Numbered from the stretch's first letter, positions 32,756 through 42,054 are shown. The stretch: 64,000 nucleotides of DNA from Verrucomicrobiota bacterium (GCA_013140495.1 JABFSR010000014.1:3880-67879); one strand, 5' to 3'. The notes: a model not told the origin generated them from the letters alone. Numbers and translations: made by a program.

Positions 32756-35700
32756 TCACGGCACCCGCAGGAGATAAAATCTCCGTGGGTCTGCGGCGTT
32801 GATTGCGTTGGTGAAACCAAAGGCTCCGGACGGGCTGAACTGGTTCGTTGCAAGCGCGGTCCAGTTGATCACCGACAATGCGACGTTTGTGCTTGTCAGG
32901 ACGTGGTAAGTTCCATTTGGCGGCCCACCTGCGCCTTGGAGAACGATGTTGCCGGAGACAAGCGTGATGCTGGAAATGGTCGGTTGAGCAGAGCTGGCGA
33001 CCACAGCGATGGTGCCGTTTGCCAAGAGGCTGCTCGTGTCCCATTGCAATCCCGCACCAGGAGTCGCTGGCGTGATGCTGCTGAACGTGCCGCTATAACT
33101 CGACGCGTTGAACAACTTGAAGCTGTTGCCCGCCGCCAGGGTGCCCGCAAGATTGGCCAGGCTCAACGTGCCGCCATAAGTAATGCTGGCACAGGTGATC
33201 TGGTCACGCGTTCCAGCAGTCTGGTTCAAATCCATCAGGGTTGTGCCAGACAAAACCACGCTGTTGGTCACCGTCAATGTTCCAATCGTTCCAGCACCGC
33301 CGGGCACAACGGCTGCGCCGGAGCCAACCGACAAGTTTCCGTTGACGATGCCGCTGCCTTGCAAGGTCTGACCGGCTCCCAGCGTCAGCGTCTGATCGGT
33401 GCGGCCGCTCACATTCAGGATTGCGCTCGCCGCCAGGCTGATGTTGGTGCTGCCCGAAATCGAGCCATTGCCGATCAACGCGAGCACCATGCCGGAACGG
33501 ATGTCCGTGACGCCCTGGTAGGTATTGGCCGCAGTGAAGACCAGCGGGTTGCCGCCGTATTGGTTCAAGTAGAAACCGCCCGCGCCACTGATGACATTAC
33601 TGAAGGTAACCGGGGCGTTACCAATTTGGAAATTGGCCAACCCGTTCAGAATGACCGTTCCGGAGATGGCGACGCCGCTACCGCTGCCGCCGTCCACACC
33701 GTATAAATACAGTCCTGAATTGTCTTCCAGCACAAACGAGGTTTTCAGCCGGTAATCGCCCGCGCCGCCGCTGGGTTGGTATTGCAAAGCGGCAGTGGGC
33801 AGGATATGGACGACTTTCGCGTATCCGTTGTCGCCGGCAGTCGTGTCGCCGTGCTGGATGCTAAAAAGAATATTGGAGTGCAGCGTGAGGACATTGGTGG
33901 GATTGCCCAGGCTGACGCCCAAAGCCTGGATGCGCATGGTCTGCTGGCTGCCAGCACTTGTGTAAAGGTCAATATTTCCAAGGTTCGTATCAATGCCGAT
34001 GCTTTTCCATTCGGAATAACCTCCGACACTGACGGTCAGGTTATAATTGCTGCCACCGCTGCTCAATGTGGTGCCAACACCCGGATAGCCCCAATCGAAC
34101 CGGCCGGATCCACTGATCGTCGTGTTGCCGGTCAACTTGATGTTTTGGCCGAGACCGAGCGTGGCGCTGTCGCTGTAAAGCGGGTTGCCGGTGAATTGTA
34201 TGGCCCCCTGGCCGTTGGCACCGGTGCCGGACACGACAATCGGCTTGTTGCCGAAGCCGGCGTCGCCAGCCGGGTACCCCCCCGACAAATTCACCGCCAG
34301 CGTGGCACCGTTGCTGATGGTCAATGTGCCATTGGGTGCTCCCGCCGCCGAGGTGAGGCCATTGAGTTTCACCGTGCCGGAGGCGATCGTGAAGTTGCCG
34401 GTGAAATCATTGACGTTGCTTATGGTCAGGGTGCTGCTGCCGAGTTTGACGATGCTCGCGGTGCCGCTGATTTTGCCCGCGCCGCTGATGGAGTAGTTCG
34501 CGCTTGAATTATTTGTCACCACGCTCGGTGCAACCACCTGCCCGGTGCCAATCACCAGGTTCGTCGCCGGATTCGGTGCGGTGAGGATTCTGTCGTCCAA
34601 CAGCACGATATCCGCAGTGTAGAACTGGTCTTCAACATGCGTGGTCAAGTTGGTCCAATTGAAGGAACTTTGAACATCCCATTGACCGTTGTTGGCACCG
34701 TTGTTCCAAGCCAGAGTATTGGCCACGCCCGTAACGATCAGCTTCACCTGGTTAGCCGTGCTGGTGTCAATGGTGAAACCGTAGCGGGACTGTGATACTG
34801 TCGAAGCCGTGCCAAATGATCCGTTGAGATTGCCGGTATAGGTAAACAAGGTGTAGGTCCCTGTCGCCAGCGTCCCGGTGAGCGGGTTGATGGTGATGTT
34901 GTTGCCATTCACGTTGAGGTCACCGGTGACGGCCACGAGGTCGTTGGTCCCACCGCCAATGCCAAGAGTGGGCGCCAGATCCATCGTCACAGCGGCGCCG
35001 CCTTGCAACGTCAAACCGCCTTGCGCATGGAAAGTTCCAGCCGCACTGGCTGCTCCGGGAAGAAGCGCTCCGCCGACGTCAACCAACCCATTGACCGTGC
35101 CGCCGCCGGCGACCGTGCTTCCTGATTGACTGGTGACTGTGCCGCCGATGGTGCCATTCACTACGACCGAACCCGTGAAGAGCGACACATTGCCAGAGTA
35201 GGATGGGCTGTTACCCGCAAGCACCAGTGTGCCGCTGCCGCCATTCACATAGGCCGTGCCACTCCCGCTCAAAACATTGCTGACCGTCAAGGAGGTGCCG
35301 CCGTTAATGTTGAAAGAACAAAAGCCGGTTCCCAATGTCATTGCCCCGTTCATGATATGGTCTCCGCCACCAACGCTAATTGTCGCGCCGGCCTGAAAAT
35401 CCACCGCCTTGTTCATATTAACATTCGGGTTCCAAAAAACCAGTTGCGCACCCGGACTCAAGGTCAAGGTAGAACTTGGATTGCCGAAGGTGGTTGATCC
35501 CTTCACACCCCAGGTGCCGGACAACAAATTAATGTTTGCAAGCGCAGGATCCACGGTGACGCTGCTCCACTCGAAATACGTCGCACTATTCAAAGTCAAA
35601 TTGTAGGCATTGCCTCCCGTCCCAAGGGTGGCGTTAATCAAATCCCAGCGATTGGGGACGCCAAAGGTGGTATTGCCTGCCAGCGTCACGCTGGACGCGT

Positions 35701-38074
35701 AACCATAAACAGCGCCGCCGTTGTCGGTGATCGCCCCGTTGCCGTCTACGCCAGCCCCGGAAACCACGACAGCTTTCGATCCATAATTGCCATTGATATC
35801 CAGCGTGGATCCATTGGCCACGATGACGCTGCCACTGCCGCCACCCAATGCGGATGAGCTGCCCACTATCAACGTGCTGCTGTTCGTGACAACCGCGTTT
35901 CCTGTGAAGGTATTTGCGCCGCTCAGAGTAAGCGTGCTGCCACCCTTATGTATTACAGAACCGGTTCCCGAAATGTTGTTGTTCACCGTCAAGGCGTCTG
36001 AACGAGCATAAACCAGATTCGCATTGTCGGTGATGGAACCGGACGGCAGGTTGCCTGCAGCATCGTTATTGCCGACCTGCAAGGTGCCGCCACTGATGGT
36101 CACGCCACCGGAAAAATTATTATTTCCAGCGTTATCCAGGATCAGCGTTCCGATGCCTTGTTTTATCAGACCGCTGGAACCACTGATGGAACCGCTGCCG
36201 TTAAACGTGTAGGCCGGCGAGGTGTTGCTGACGGTGATACCGGCTGGCGAGAGTGTGGTTGTGAGGTTGACGGTATTATTGTTCGCCCCGTTTAAGAATT
36301 GCACAAAAGCCCCATCGGAATAAATAGCCGGGCCGCCGGAGGTCCAGTTCGCCGTGCTGGTATCCCAGTTGCCGCTGCTTGAACCTGTCCAGGTCAAAGT
36401 GCTGGAGCCGGCGGTCAGCACCAAATCAATGGTGGCGTTGGCGGAATTATTAACGAGGTGCCCTGCATAAAGCGGCGGCAGCGTGCCAAGCCCGAAATTG
36501 TAGCCGGCACCACTAATGCCGCCGGAGTACTTGACCAGCGGAATCTGCACCGGATAACTGGGAAACGCAGGCGCGGAGGTGAGGTTGATGATGTTGGTTG
36601 TGCCGCCCGTTGTGAGGCTTGTGACCACAATATTGTTGGATGATGAAGTGGAAGCCAACGCAAGGCTGAACGCCGAATTGGTGGCGGTGATCGTGCTGAG
36701 GGGAGCCGCGACTGTTCCGGCTTTGCCCGAAACCGTCAGCGCACCGTCTTTGAGTTTGATCGCACTCGACCCGCCTCCAGCAACAACGGTATTGGCCACC
36801 ACTGCGCCTCCATTGACGTTGATGATGCCAGCGCTTCCCGGCGTCAGTGTGCCGGTAACGGCGGCCAAGGTCAGCGTGTTGTTGACGGTCAACGTCGCGT
36901 TGGTGTCGATATTAACAATTCCCACGCCCATGCCGCCGCTGCTGACTTGCTGATTGCCGATGGTAGCGTTGTTCGCATTGACGCTGCCGTCGTTAAAGTT
37001 CAGGGTGCCCTGCGAATTGGCCCCGGCGCTGCCGCCCTGGCCCAGTTGCATTGTGCCCGCCATTACCGTGATGTTGCCGCCGGTAAAATCGCAAAGGGCG
37101 GTGCCGGCAACTTGCGAATTGCCGTTGGCGTTGCCGATATAAAAATTAACAATGCGCCCATCCCCGCCATTGCCGCCCAAATAGGCCACCAGCGCATCAG
37201 GTCCGCCCACGAAGGCCGGGTTAAAGGCTATCATGGCCCCGGCTGACCCGGTGCCCGGGCCGCCCACAACCAGGTTGCCGGTGCCGGTCAGGATATAGTT
37301 GTAGATTCCCAGATAGACCCCGCACGTCATTGAATTGCTGCCGAGCGTGTTGCAGATTTGAAAATCATTCCCCAAGGAAATCACGTTGGTTTTGGCCAGA
37401 TACAAGGTGCCATTTTGGTTTGGCATGGTGCTGTTTTCGTCCTGGTTTCCGCTAGCCACGCGGATGAAATTGCCGCTGCCCGCGCCGCTGCTGGCGTTGA
37501 AGGTATCCAGACCCGAAAGGTCCAGCGTGACATTATGGTTGTCGCCCGGCGTTGGCGATCCTTGGCCCACCCAAAGGTTGGCGCTCGTTCCGGGCATGTT
37601 TAGCGTTCCGCCGCTGCCCGTGATGGTGATCGTTTCCACTGCGTTGGCCGGAGCGGGGCTGCTTCCGCTCAACTGGTCGGCCCCCACGGTCAGGTAGCCG
37701 TGATTGCCCACCCCGACCGTCAAGGTAACCCCCGGATTAATCAGCGTCGTGTAATTGCCATTGGTCGGGACAAAGTCCAGTTCCCAAATCGGCATCTGGG
37801 CGACTCCGGTAGTGCTGTCCAGCACATTGTTCACGGAAAAATTCGCGCTGTTGTTGGCACCAATTCCCCTGAATTGAACCTGGTTGTAATAAGTTTGCTG
37901 CGGAGCCGTCCAGTTGGCGGCATCGGTCCAGTTAGTGGTCGCACTTACTCCCGGCACGCCCTGCCATTGCTCAGTATCTGCATAGCTGGACCACGCGGCA
38001 AACGTCGCCACGCTCAAGGCGATGCCGAATTTTTGTATTTCACTCAGTTTTGTAATTTTGAATTTTATTTTCAT
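32756..38074 (-). CDS. Giant (1772 aa) autotransporter-associated beta-strand repeat protein, secreted
   Basis: Signal-like N-terminus KFGIALSVATFAAWSSYA. Many PATR-type units (LIKQGIGTLILDNAGNNNFSGGVTISGGTLQVGNN; VIHKGGSTLTLSGANTFTGNAVVTNSSTLIVG). C-terminus GTYHVLTSTNVALSVINW...PRRFYLLRVP. Confidence 0.8.
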   Translation of the reverse strand: MKIKFKITKLSEIQKFGIALSVATFAAWSSYADTEQWQGVPGVSATTNWTDAANWTAPQQTYYNQVQFRGIGANNSANFSVNNVLDSTTGVAQMPIWELDFVPTNGNYTTLINPGVTLTVGVGNHGYLTVGADQLSGSSPAPANAVETITITGSGGTLNMPGTSANLWVGQGSPTPGDNHNVTLDLSGLDTFNASSGAGSGNFIRVASGNQDENSTMPNQNGTLYLAKTNVISLGNDFQICNTLGSNSMTCGVYLGIYNYILTGTGNLVVGGPGTGSAGAMIAFNPAFVGGPDALVAYLGGNGGDGRIVNFYIGNANGNSQVAGTALCDFTGGNITVMAGTMQLGQGGSAGANSQGTLNFNDGSVNANNATIGNQQVSSGGMGVGIVNIDTNATLTVNNTLTLAAVTGTLTPGSAGIINVNGGAVVANTVVAGGGSSAIKLKDGALTVSGKAGTVAAPLSTITATNSAFSLALASTSSSNNIVVTSLTTGGTTNIINLTSAPAFPSYPVQIPLVKYSGGISGAGYNFGLGTLPPLYAGHLVNNSANATIDLVLTAGSSTLTWTGSSSGNWDTSTANWTSGGPAIYSDGAFVQFLNGANNNTVNLTTTLSPAGITVSNTSPAYTFNGSGSISGSSGLIKQGIGTLILDNAGNNNFSGGVTISGGTLQVGNNDAAGNLPSGSITDNANLVYARSDALTVNNNISGTGSVIHKGGSTLTLSGANTFTGNAVVTNSSTLIVGSSSALGGGSGSVIVANGSTLDINGNYGSKAVVVSGAGVDGNGAITDNGGAVYGYASSVTLAGNTTFGVPNRWDLINATLGTGGNAYNLTLNSATYFEWSSVTVDPALANINLLSGTWGVKGSTTFGNPSSTLTLSPGAQLVFWNPNVNMNKAVDFQAGATISVGGGDHIMNGAMTLGTGFCSFNINGGTSLTVSNVLSGSGTAYVNGGSGTLVLAGNSPSYSGNVSLFTGSVVVNGTIGGTVTSQSGSTVAGGGTVNGLVDVGGALLPGAASAAGTFHAQGGLTLQGGAAVTMDLAPTLGIGGGTNDLVAVTGDLNVNGNNITINPLTGTLATGTYTLFTYTGNLNGSFGTASTVSQSRYGFTIDTSTANQVKLIVTGVANTLAWNNGANNGQWDVQSSFNWTNLTTHVEDQFYTADIVLLDDRILTAPNPATNLVIGTGQVVAPSVVTNNSSANYSISGAGKISGTASIVKLGSSTLTISNVNDFTGNFTIASGTVKLNGLTSAAGAPNGTLTISNGATLAVNLSGGYPAGDAGFGNKPIVVSGTGANGQGAIQFTGNPLYSDSATLGLGQNIKLTGNTTISGSGRFDWGYPGVGTTLSSGGSNYNLTVSVGGYSEWKSIGIDTNLGNIDLYTSAGSQQTMRIQALGVSLGNPTNVLTLHSNILFSIQHGDTTAGDNGYAKVVHILPTAALQYQPSGGAGDYRLKTSFVLEDNSGLYLYGVDGGSGSGVAISGTVILNGLANFQIGNAPVTFSNVISGAGGFYLNQYGGNPLVFTAANTYQGVTDIRSGMVLALIGNGSISGSTNISLAASAILNVSGRTDQTLTLGAGQTLQGSGIVNGNLSVGSGAAVVPGGAGTIGTLTVTNSVVLSGTTLMDLNQTAGTRDQITCASITYGGTLSLANLAGTLAAGNSFKLFNASSYSGTFSSITPATPGAGLQWDTSSLLANGTIAVVASSAQPTISSITLVSGNIVLQGAGGPPNGTYHVLTSTNVALSVINWTALATNQFSPSGAFGFTNAINAADPRRFYLLRVP

Positions 38075-38263
38075 GCTTTACTGGGGGTTGGGGGCTGGTT
38101 CATCCACAAATCATGCGGCGACCCCCGCGATACGGGGGTCAGTCGGGGTCAGTCATTGTCGAAAGCGGTAACGCTTTTGCGCCAGGACATCATCAGACGG
38201 CAGTTCATAATCCGTTGGCTGTGTTGGCTCATGCAACCATCGTTGCATATAAGCGGGAGGCGC

Positions 38264-38302
38264 GGAATGGATTACTAAACGAAGAGCATGGACAATTGGC
38301 TG
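38264..38302 (-). promoter_or_regulatory. Copy C of the 39-bp bipartite direct-repeat element, upstream of the giant-protein operon
   Basis: ggaatggattactaaacgaagagcatggacaattggctg. Half-sites at 38267 and 38288 (21-bp phasing). Lies 190-228 bp upstream of the ATG at 38074. Confidence 0.45.
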
Positions 38303-38344
38303 GTCGCTGCCAGGGAAGATTGGGTGACGCCTGTGCGACTTAGC

Positions 38345-38512
38345 TCACTGGCTGTAGCGCCGCCGGTGCTCCGAAGGCGAATGGTTGTGCATCTTTCGGA
38401 AGGCGCGCGAAAAGTAAAACTGGTCGGAAAAGCCCAGTTGATCGCTGATCTGTTTGATGGACAATTCAGTGGCGTTGAGCAACTGCACCGCGCGTTGCAT
38501 CCGCAGATGGTT
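38345..38512 (-). pseudogene. AraC-family HTH C-terminal remnant (55 codons + stop, no N-terminal part)
   Basis: Manual translation gives NHLRMQRAVQLLNATELSIKQISDQLGFSDQFYFSRAFRKMHNHSPSEHRRRYSQ*. By hand count about 88% nucleotide identity to 39247-39411, the 3' end of the intact AraC gene. Homology stops at 38512, 18 nt from the GH2-fragment stop. Confidence 0.7.
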
Positions 38513-38530
38513 CTGACCGAACGCGAAACA

Positions 38531-39226
38531 TCATGCTGGTGAATACGTATCGAAAAGACTGCGAACTTGCAGTTCACCGAGGAAAACTTCCCGGCTTATC
38601 GGTTCTTTAGGCTGAACCAGAACCGTTTGCGGCACATCCGGCATGAGGTGGATAAAGTTGTCGGCATATTTTGCATCCGCATTCTTCAGCCCCAGCCAAA
38701 CCCACAGCGCGGGCGTCGCAGACTGAATGGTGACCAGAAACCCGTCGCCCAATTCTTTGACTGAAGACGCCAGTTTGGGATCGCTCAATTTCAATTCTTT
38801 CGGCAAGGCCAGCAACACTAGGTTTTCGGAAACGGTTTTGCCGTCCACTTCCAGCTTCAGCCACGTCAACAGGCCGTTCGCACCCTGGTTCTTGACTTCC
38901 GTTTGCAGATCCAGCGTTTTCACCTTCTCGCTTTTGCGGGCCGGAAGCGGCACAGACATGGAATCGTGGCGCAAAGTTCTGCCGGCCAGATCTGTCACGT
39001 TCCAACTCAGTTTGCCGCGATGCAATTCCAGTTCGTCACTGGTGACAAAAAGGTCAATCGTTCCGTCCTTGATGTTTTCCAGCCCGGAAACGAGAAGTGG
39101 TGAGTAGAATGTTCGCGCCATATAATGCAGCGCTTTCCAACGGCCAAAGTAATCCACCGACGACCAGTTCATGCCCGGCCAGATGTCATTGTATTGCCAG
39201 TAAACACAACCCATGGATTTGGGCAT
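38531..39226 (-). pseudogene. GH2 beta-mannosidase C-terminal fragment (catalytic N-terminal roughly 600 aa missing)
   Basis: MGCVYWQYNDIWPGMNWSSVDYFGRWKALHYMARTFYSP matches the conserved GALYWQLNDCWP..WSSIDYYGRWKALHY block near the end of the beta-mannosidase TIM barrel. The C-terminal Ig-like domains follow. Homology begins right at the AraC stop (39244). Confidence 0.7.
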
Positions 39227-39243
39227 GGTCTGTGCCGAAAATT

Positions 39244-40131
39244 CTATGCCCCGTAACGCCGCCGGTGTTCCGACGGTGAATGGTTGTGCATCTTACTGAA
39301 GGCGCGGGAGAAATAAAACTGATCGGAGAAACCCAGTTGATCGCTGATCTGCTTGATGGACAATTCGGTGGTGTTAAGCAATTGCACCGCGCGCTGCATC
39401 CGCAGGTGATTCAGATAACTCAGCGGCGCGTAACCCGTCACGCGGCGGAACGAGGTCGTGTAGTGCGAGCGAGAGAGATTCGCAAGCGCAGCCAGCGTTG
39501 CCACCGCCAGGGGTTCGCGCAGATGGCCTTTCATAAACTCGATACTCTTTGCCATCCGCTCGCGCACACTGGTTTCACCATAACCGAATTCTTCCTTGTG
39601 CCGCAGGATCAATCCCATCAAGTGCGTCAAGGAGTGCGCTGCATAGGTTAGATGGGTCGAAGTAAAACCGTGTTCCAATCCTTCCAAAACTTCCTCGAAC
39701 AGGGAGAACAACTGCACGTCGCCGCCGAGCGGCACGACTGGTTTCTCCGGCGAAACTTCAAGCTTTTCCAGATAGACGGGCACATTTGATCCGATGGCGT
39801 GAAACCAATGAATCGTCCAAGGTGAATTCTGGGCCGCGCCATAGACGTGCGGGGTGCCGGCATTGATGACCAGCAGTTGGTTTTTGGTGATCTCTTGTTT
39901 GCGGCCCGCGATCTCGCACCAGCCGTTTCCCTCGGCGCAATAGATGAAAATGACTTCCGGGCACCCTCGCTCGCGGACGCAGGTGTGTCCTTTGGCTTTC
40001 GGATAATATCCCGCATCGGTCGGCAGCAAATGTTGAAGCAATGGAGATTTGAGCGCAGTCGTCAGGATGGGCCGGGGCACCACAACCAGGCGTTGCCCAA
40101 CAAATCCTTCATGCTTCTCGCGCCACTTCAT
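39244..40131 (-). CDS. AraC-family transcriptional regulator (cupin-like sensor + HTH)
   Basis: C-terminus LSRSHYTTSFRRVTGYAPLSYLNHLRMQRAVQLLNTTELSIKQISDQLGFSDQFYFSRAFSKMHNHSPSEHRRRY. N-terminal cupin-like region VINAGTPHVYGA. Confidence 0.85.
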   Translation of the reverse strand: MKWREKHEGFVGQRLVVVPRPILTTALKSPLLQHLLPTDAGYYPKAKGHTCVRERGCPEVIFIYCAEGNGWCEIAGRKQEITKNQLLVINAGTPHVYGAAQNSPWTIHWFHAIGSNVPVYLEKLEVSPEKPVVPLGGDVQLFSLFEEVLEGLEHGFTSTHLTYAAHSLTHLMGLILRHKEEFGYGETSVRERMAKSIEFMKGHLREPLAVATLAALANLSRSHYTTSFRRVTGYAPLSYLNHLRMQRAVQLLNTTELSIKQISDQLGFSDQFYFSRAFSKMHNHSPSEHRRRYGA

Positions 40132-40229
40132 AAACGGTGAATGTTTTCAAAAGCCACCTTACTCAATTGCTGCAGCATCGCAATCATTTCATCGAAGGCA
40201 AGTGTCTGGCTGATCCGGTTACGGGTGGA

Positions 40230-40260
40230 TAAAAAAAAGCCGCCACCTGAGGTGGCGGCT
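40230..40260 (-). terminator. Rho-independent terminator downstream of the PEP-CTERM gene
   Basis: A 10-bp perfect stem agccgccacc (40238-40247) / ggtggcggct (40251-40260) with a 3-nt loop. On the minus strand a run of T follows (A-run 40231-40238 on the + strand). Confidence 0.8.
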
Positions 40261-40280
40261 TTTCCTGTTAAATCAAACCC

Positions 40281-40985
40281 TTAACTTTTCCGATTCCGTG
40301 CAATTCCAAGCACCATGGACATTCCAATCCCCAACAGAGCCAAAGTTGATGGTTCGGGGACCACATTATAACCCATGTTAGCAGCCGGATAGATCGCGTC
40401 TGATCCTCCTGCTTGGTTCGGTGGAGCTCCATCTCCAATATTTCCATATCGGCCTGCGCGGGAAAATTCGTATCCGCTGTCCAAATTTGCATACTGCCCA
40501 CTGAATGAGACTTGCGCACCGCCAGTAATCAAATCCCCCCACGTATCCACATTATCCGTTTGCGCACCGATAACATACCAGTTGTTGTAAGTCATGCCCA
40601 CGGTTGAAGGTAATTGCACCCACCGGAAACCATTCACCAAGGGCGCGGACGTTCCGGCCGGCACCGTCACCGAGGCAAGCAGTGTGTTACCGGCAGAATT
40701 ATCCCAAAGCGACACCACATGGCTGTTTGCCAGACCATCTCCACCGTTGTCATAATAACCCAGATAATTTACCTGCGGGTAGTAATTATAGGAGGTAAGA
40801 AAAACGCCTCCCACAACCCCCACATGACCATTTTGCGACAGTGTGGAGAGATCAACATTGGGGTTGAACAGCATGCTGCCATCAACCGTTTGTGCATGAG
40901 TGGCGGGCAATGCTGCAAGACAGACTGCAACTGCAGCGACAACTGATTTGGATTTCGTTTTCATTTTTTTATTGGTTGTTACCAT
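40281..40985 (-). CDS. PEP-CTERM sorting-domain protein
   Basis: Signal KSKSVVAAVAVCLAALPATHAQ. C-terminus VVPEPSTLALLGIGMSMVLGIARNRKS. Confidence 0.75.
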   Translation of the reverse strand: MVTTNKKMKTKSKSVVAAVAVCLAALPATHAQTVDGSMLFNPNVDLSTLSQNGHVGVVGGVFLTSYNYYPQVNYLGYYDNGGDGLANSHVVSLWDNSAGNTLLASVTVPAGTSAPLVNGFRWVQLPSTVGMTYNNWYVIGAQTDNVDTWGDLITGGAQVSFSGQYANLDSGYEFSRAGRYGNIGDGAPPNQAGGSDAIYPAANMGYNVVPEPSTLALLGIGMSMVLGIARNRKS

Positions 40986-41090
40986 TCTCTGAGTTTTTTA
41001 TCTCGTGACGCAATAAGGTGCAGATGCCTTGCGCAATCTTAACTTTAACTTGTTGGTCATGGTGAAACCTTAACACAGCACCTGTTTATT

Positions 41091-41129
41091 GGAATGGACA
41101 ACTCACCGAACCCTATGGACAATTGGCCG
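41091..41129 (-). promoter_or_regulatory. Copy B of the 39-bp bipartite direct-repeat element, upstream of the PEP-CTERM gene
   Basis: ggaatggacaactcaccgaaccctatggacaattggccg. Half-sites at 41094 and 41115 (21-bp phasing). Lies 106-144 bp upstream of the ATG at 40985. Followed by tgtgcgactt (41143-41152), which also occurs after copy C (38332-38341). Confidence 0.45.
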
Positions 41130-41230
41130 GCCTCAAGACAATTGTGCGACTTTGACATCACCAGATTTGGCGTTGCGTCCTCAGCGCCGTGGGTGAAAAG
41201 GGCAGACCTGTTGAAGCGGTTTCAAAATTG

Positions 41231-41302
41231 GTAGCCGCCGAGGTGACGAGGCGGACGTCCCCGGTTTTTCGCAGGATTCCGCCTCCTCACGTCGGCGGCT
41301 AC
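41231..41302. repeat. Second type of REP-like inverted repeat (25-bp arms, 22-nt loop)
   Basis: gtagccgccgaggtgacgaggcgga (41231-41255) against tccgcctcctcacgtcggcggctac (41278-41302). The arms are reverse complements with 2 mismatches. Confidence 0.8.
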
Positions 41303-41357
41303 AGCGCAAACCGGTAGGTTTGCCCCACCTTTTCGGAAATTGCTTTTGAGAAACAGT

Positions 41358-41894
41358 CTATGGCATCGGAGCGGGTTGTTTCTCCGTCGTATCGAATGGG
41401 GTAACTTTGAGGCAATCCACGTTTACACTGCCGTGACCACCCAACAATCGGACGACGTTGGTTTTGCCCGGGCCGAGCGGAACTGTGAGGCCGGAATAAC
41501 CTGTAAAATTGCTCCACCCACCGGTGGCTGAGGTGTTCACAAAGGAATAATCCGCGCCGTTTACGATCAACCGCAGCTTTCCGCTTTTCTCGGCGGCATA
41601 GTGAATGCCGATTGTCGCGCGACCGCCTGCGCCACCGTCAATGTTGCGCAGTTCCAGATATGCTCCTTCGAGATGGAGATTTTGCACGCAGTGATCCGTG
41701 GTTGCACTGGGATCGTTTGCCAGGGTCGCACCATTGAACCGTATGAGAACGGACGAGGATTCTCGCTGCGCGTATTGCGAGCCGGAGCACCGCGTAAACT
41801 TCCGACTCCGCCGTGACCAACGCGCGGTTTGCTTCGCTTCACGGGTTGGCCGTCGCCCCGTACCCCTCTCGCCGCCGCCCGTTCCACTTCTCAA
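41358..41894 (-). pseudogene. Orphan CBM6/CBM35-like carbohydrate-binding module; probable 3' remnant of a glycosidase gene
   Basis: The C-terminal roughly 130 aa fit the CBM6/35 pattern: YLELRNIDGGAGGRATIGIHYAAEKSGKLRLIVNGADYSFVNTSATGGWSNFTGYSGLTVPLGPGKTNVVRLLGGHGSVNVDCLKVTP. The N-terminal roughly 40 aa of the ORF (MRSGTGGGERGTGRRPTREAK...) are Arg/Gly junk with no signal peptide or catalytic domain. Confidence 0.45.
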
Positions 41895-42054
41895 ACCGCG
41901 CGCTCGTCACGAGCTTGCATGGTGCAGGGCCGCAAGAGCGGCGGGCTTCCGTCTGCGGCTCGGCAGCGGGCGTTGCGCTCCGGCTACGATTCGCTAGACG
42001 CTTCTCTCCGCTCTTCGCTCCACTTTCCCCGCTCGCCGACCGCCGACCGAAGCC

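Noticed and set aside
32636-33706. 356-aa + strand ORF
   Set aside because: Antisense to the 3' end of the 1772-aa repeat protein and to the intergenic gap. Composition is R/A/G-rich.
40986-41357. Search for a tRNA/tmRNA gene as an ICE attachment site in the gaps at 40986-41357, 41895-42054 and 62779-63062
   Set aside because: No cloverleaf-compatible sequence or GTTCRANYC T-loop motif was seen by eye. Only REP-like hairpins and the operator-like element are present. A tRNAscan/ARAGORN run would be the definitive check.
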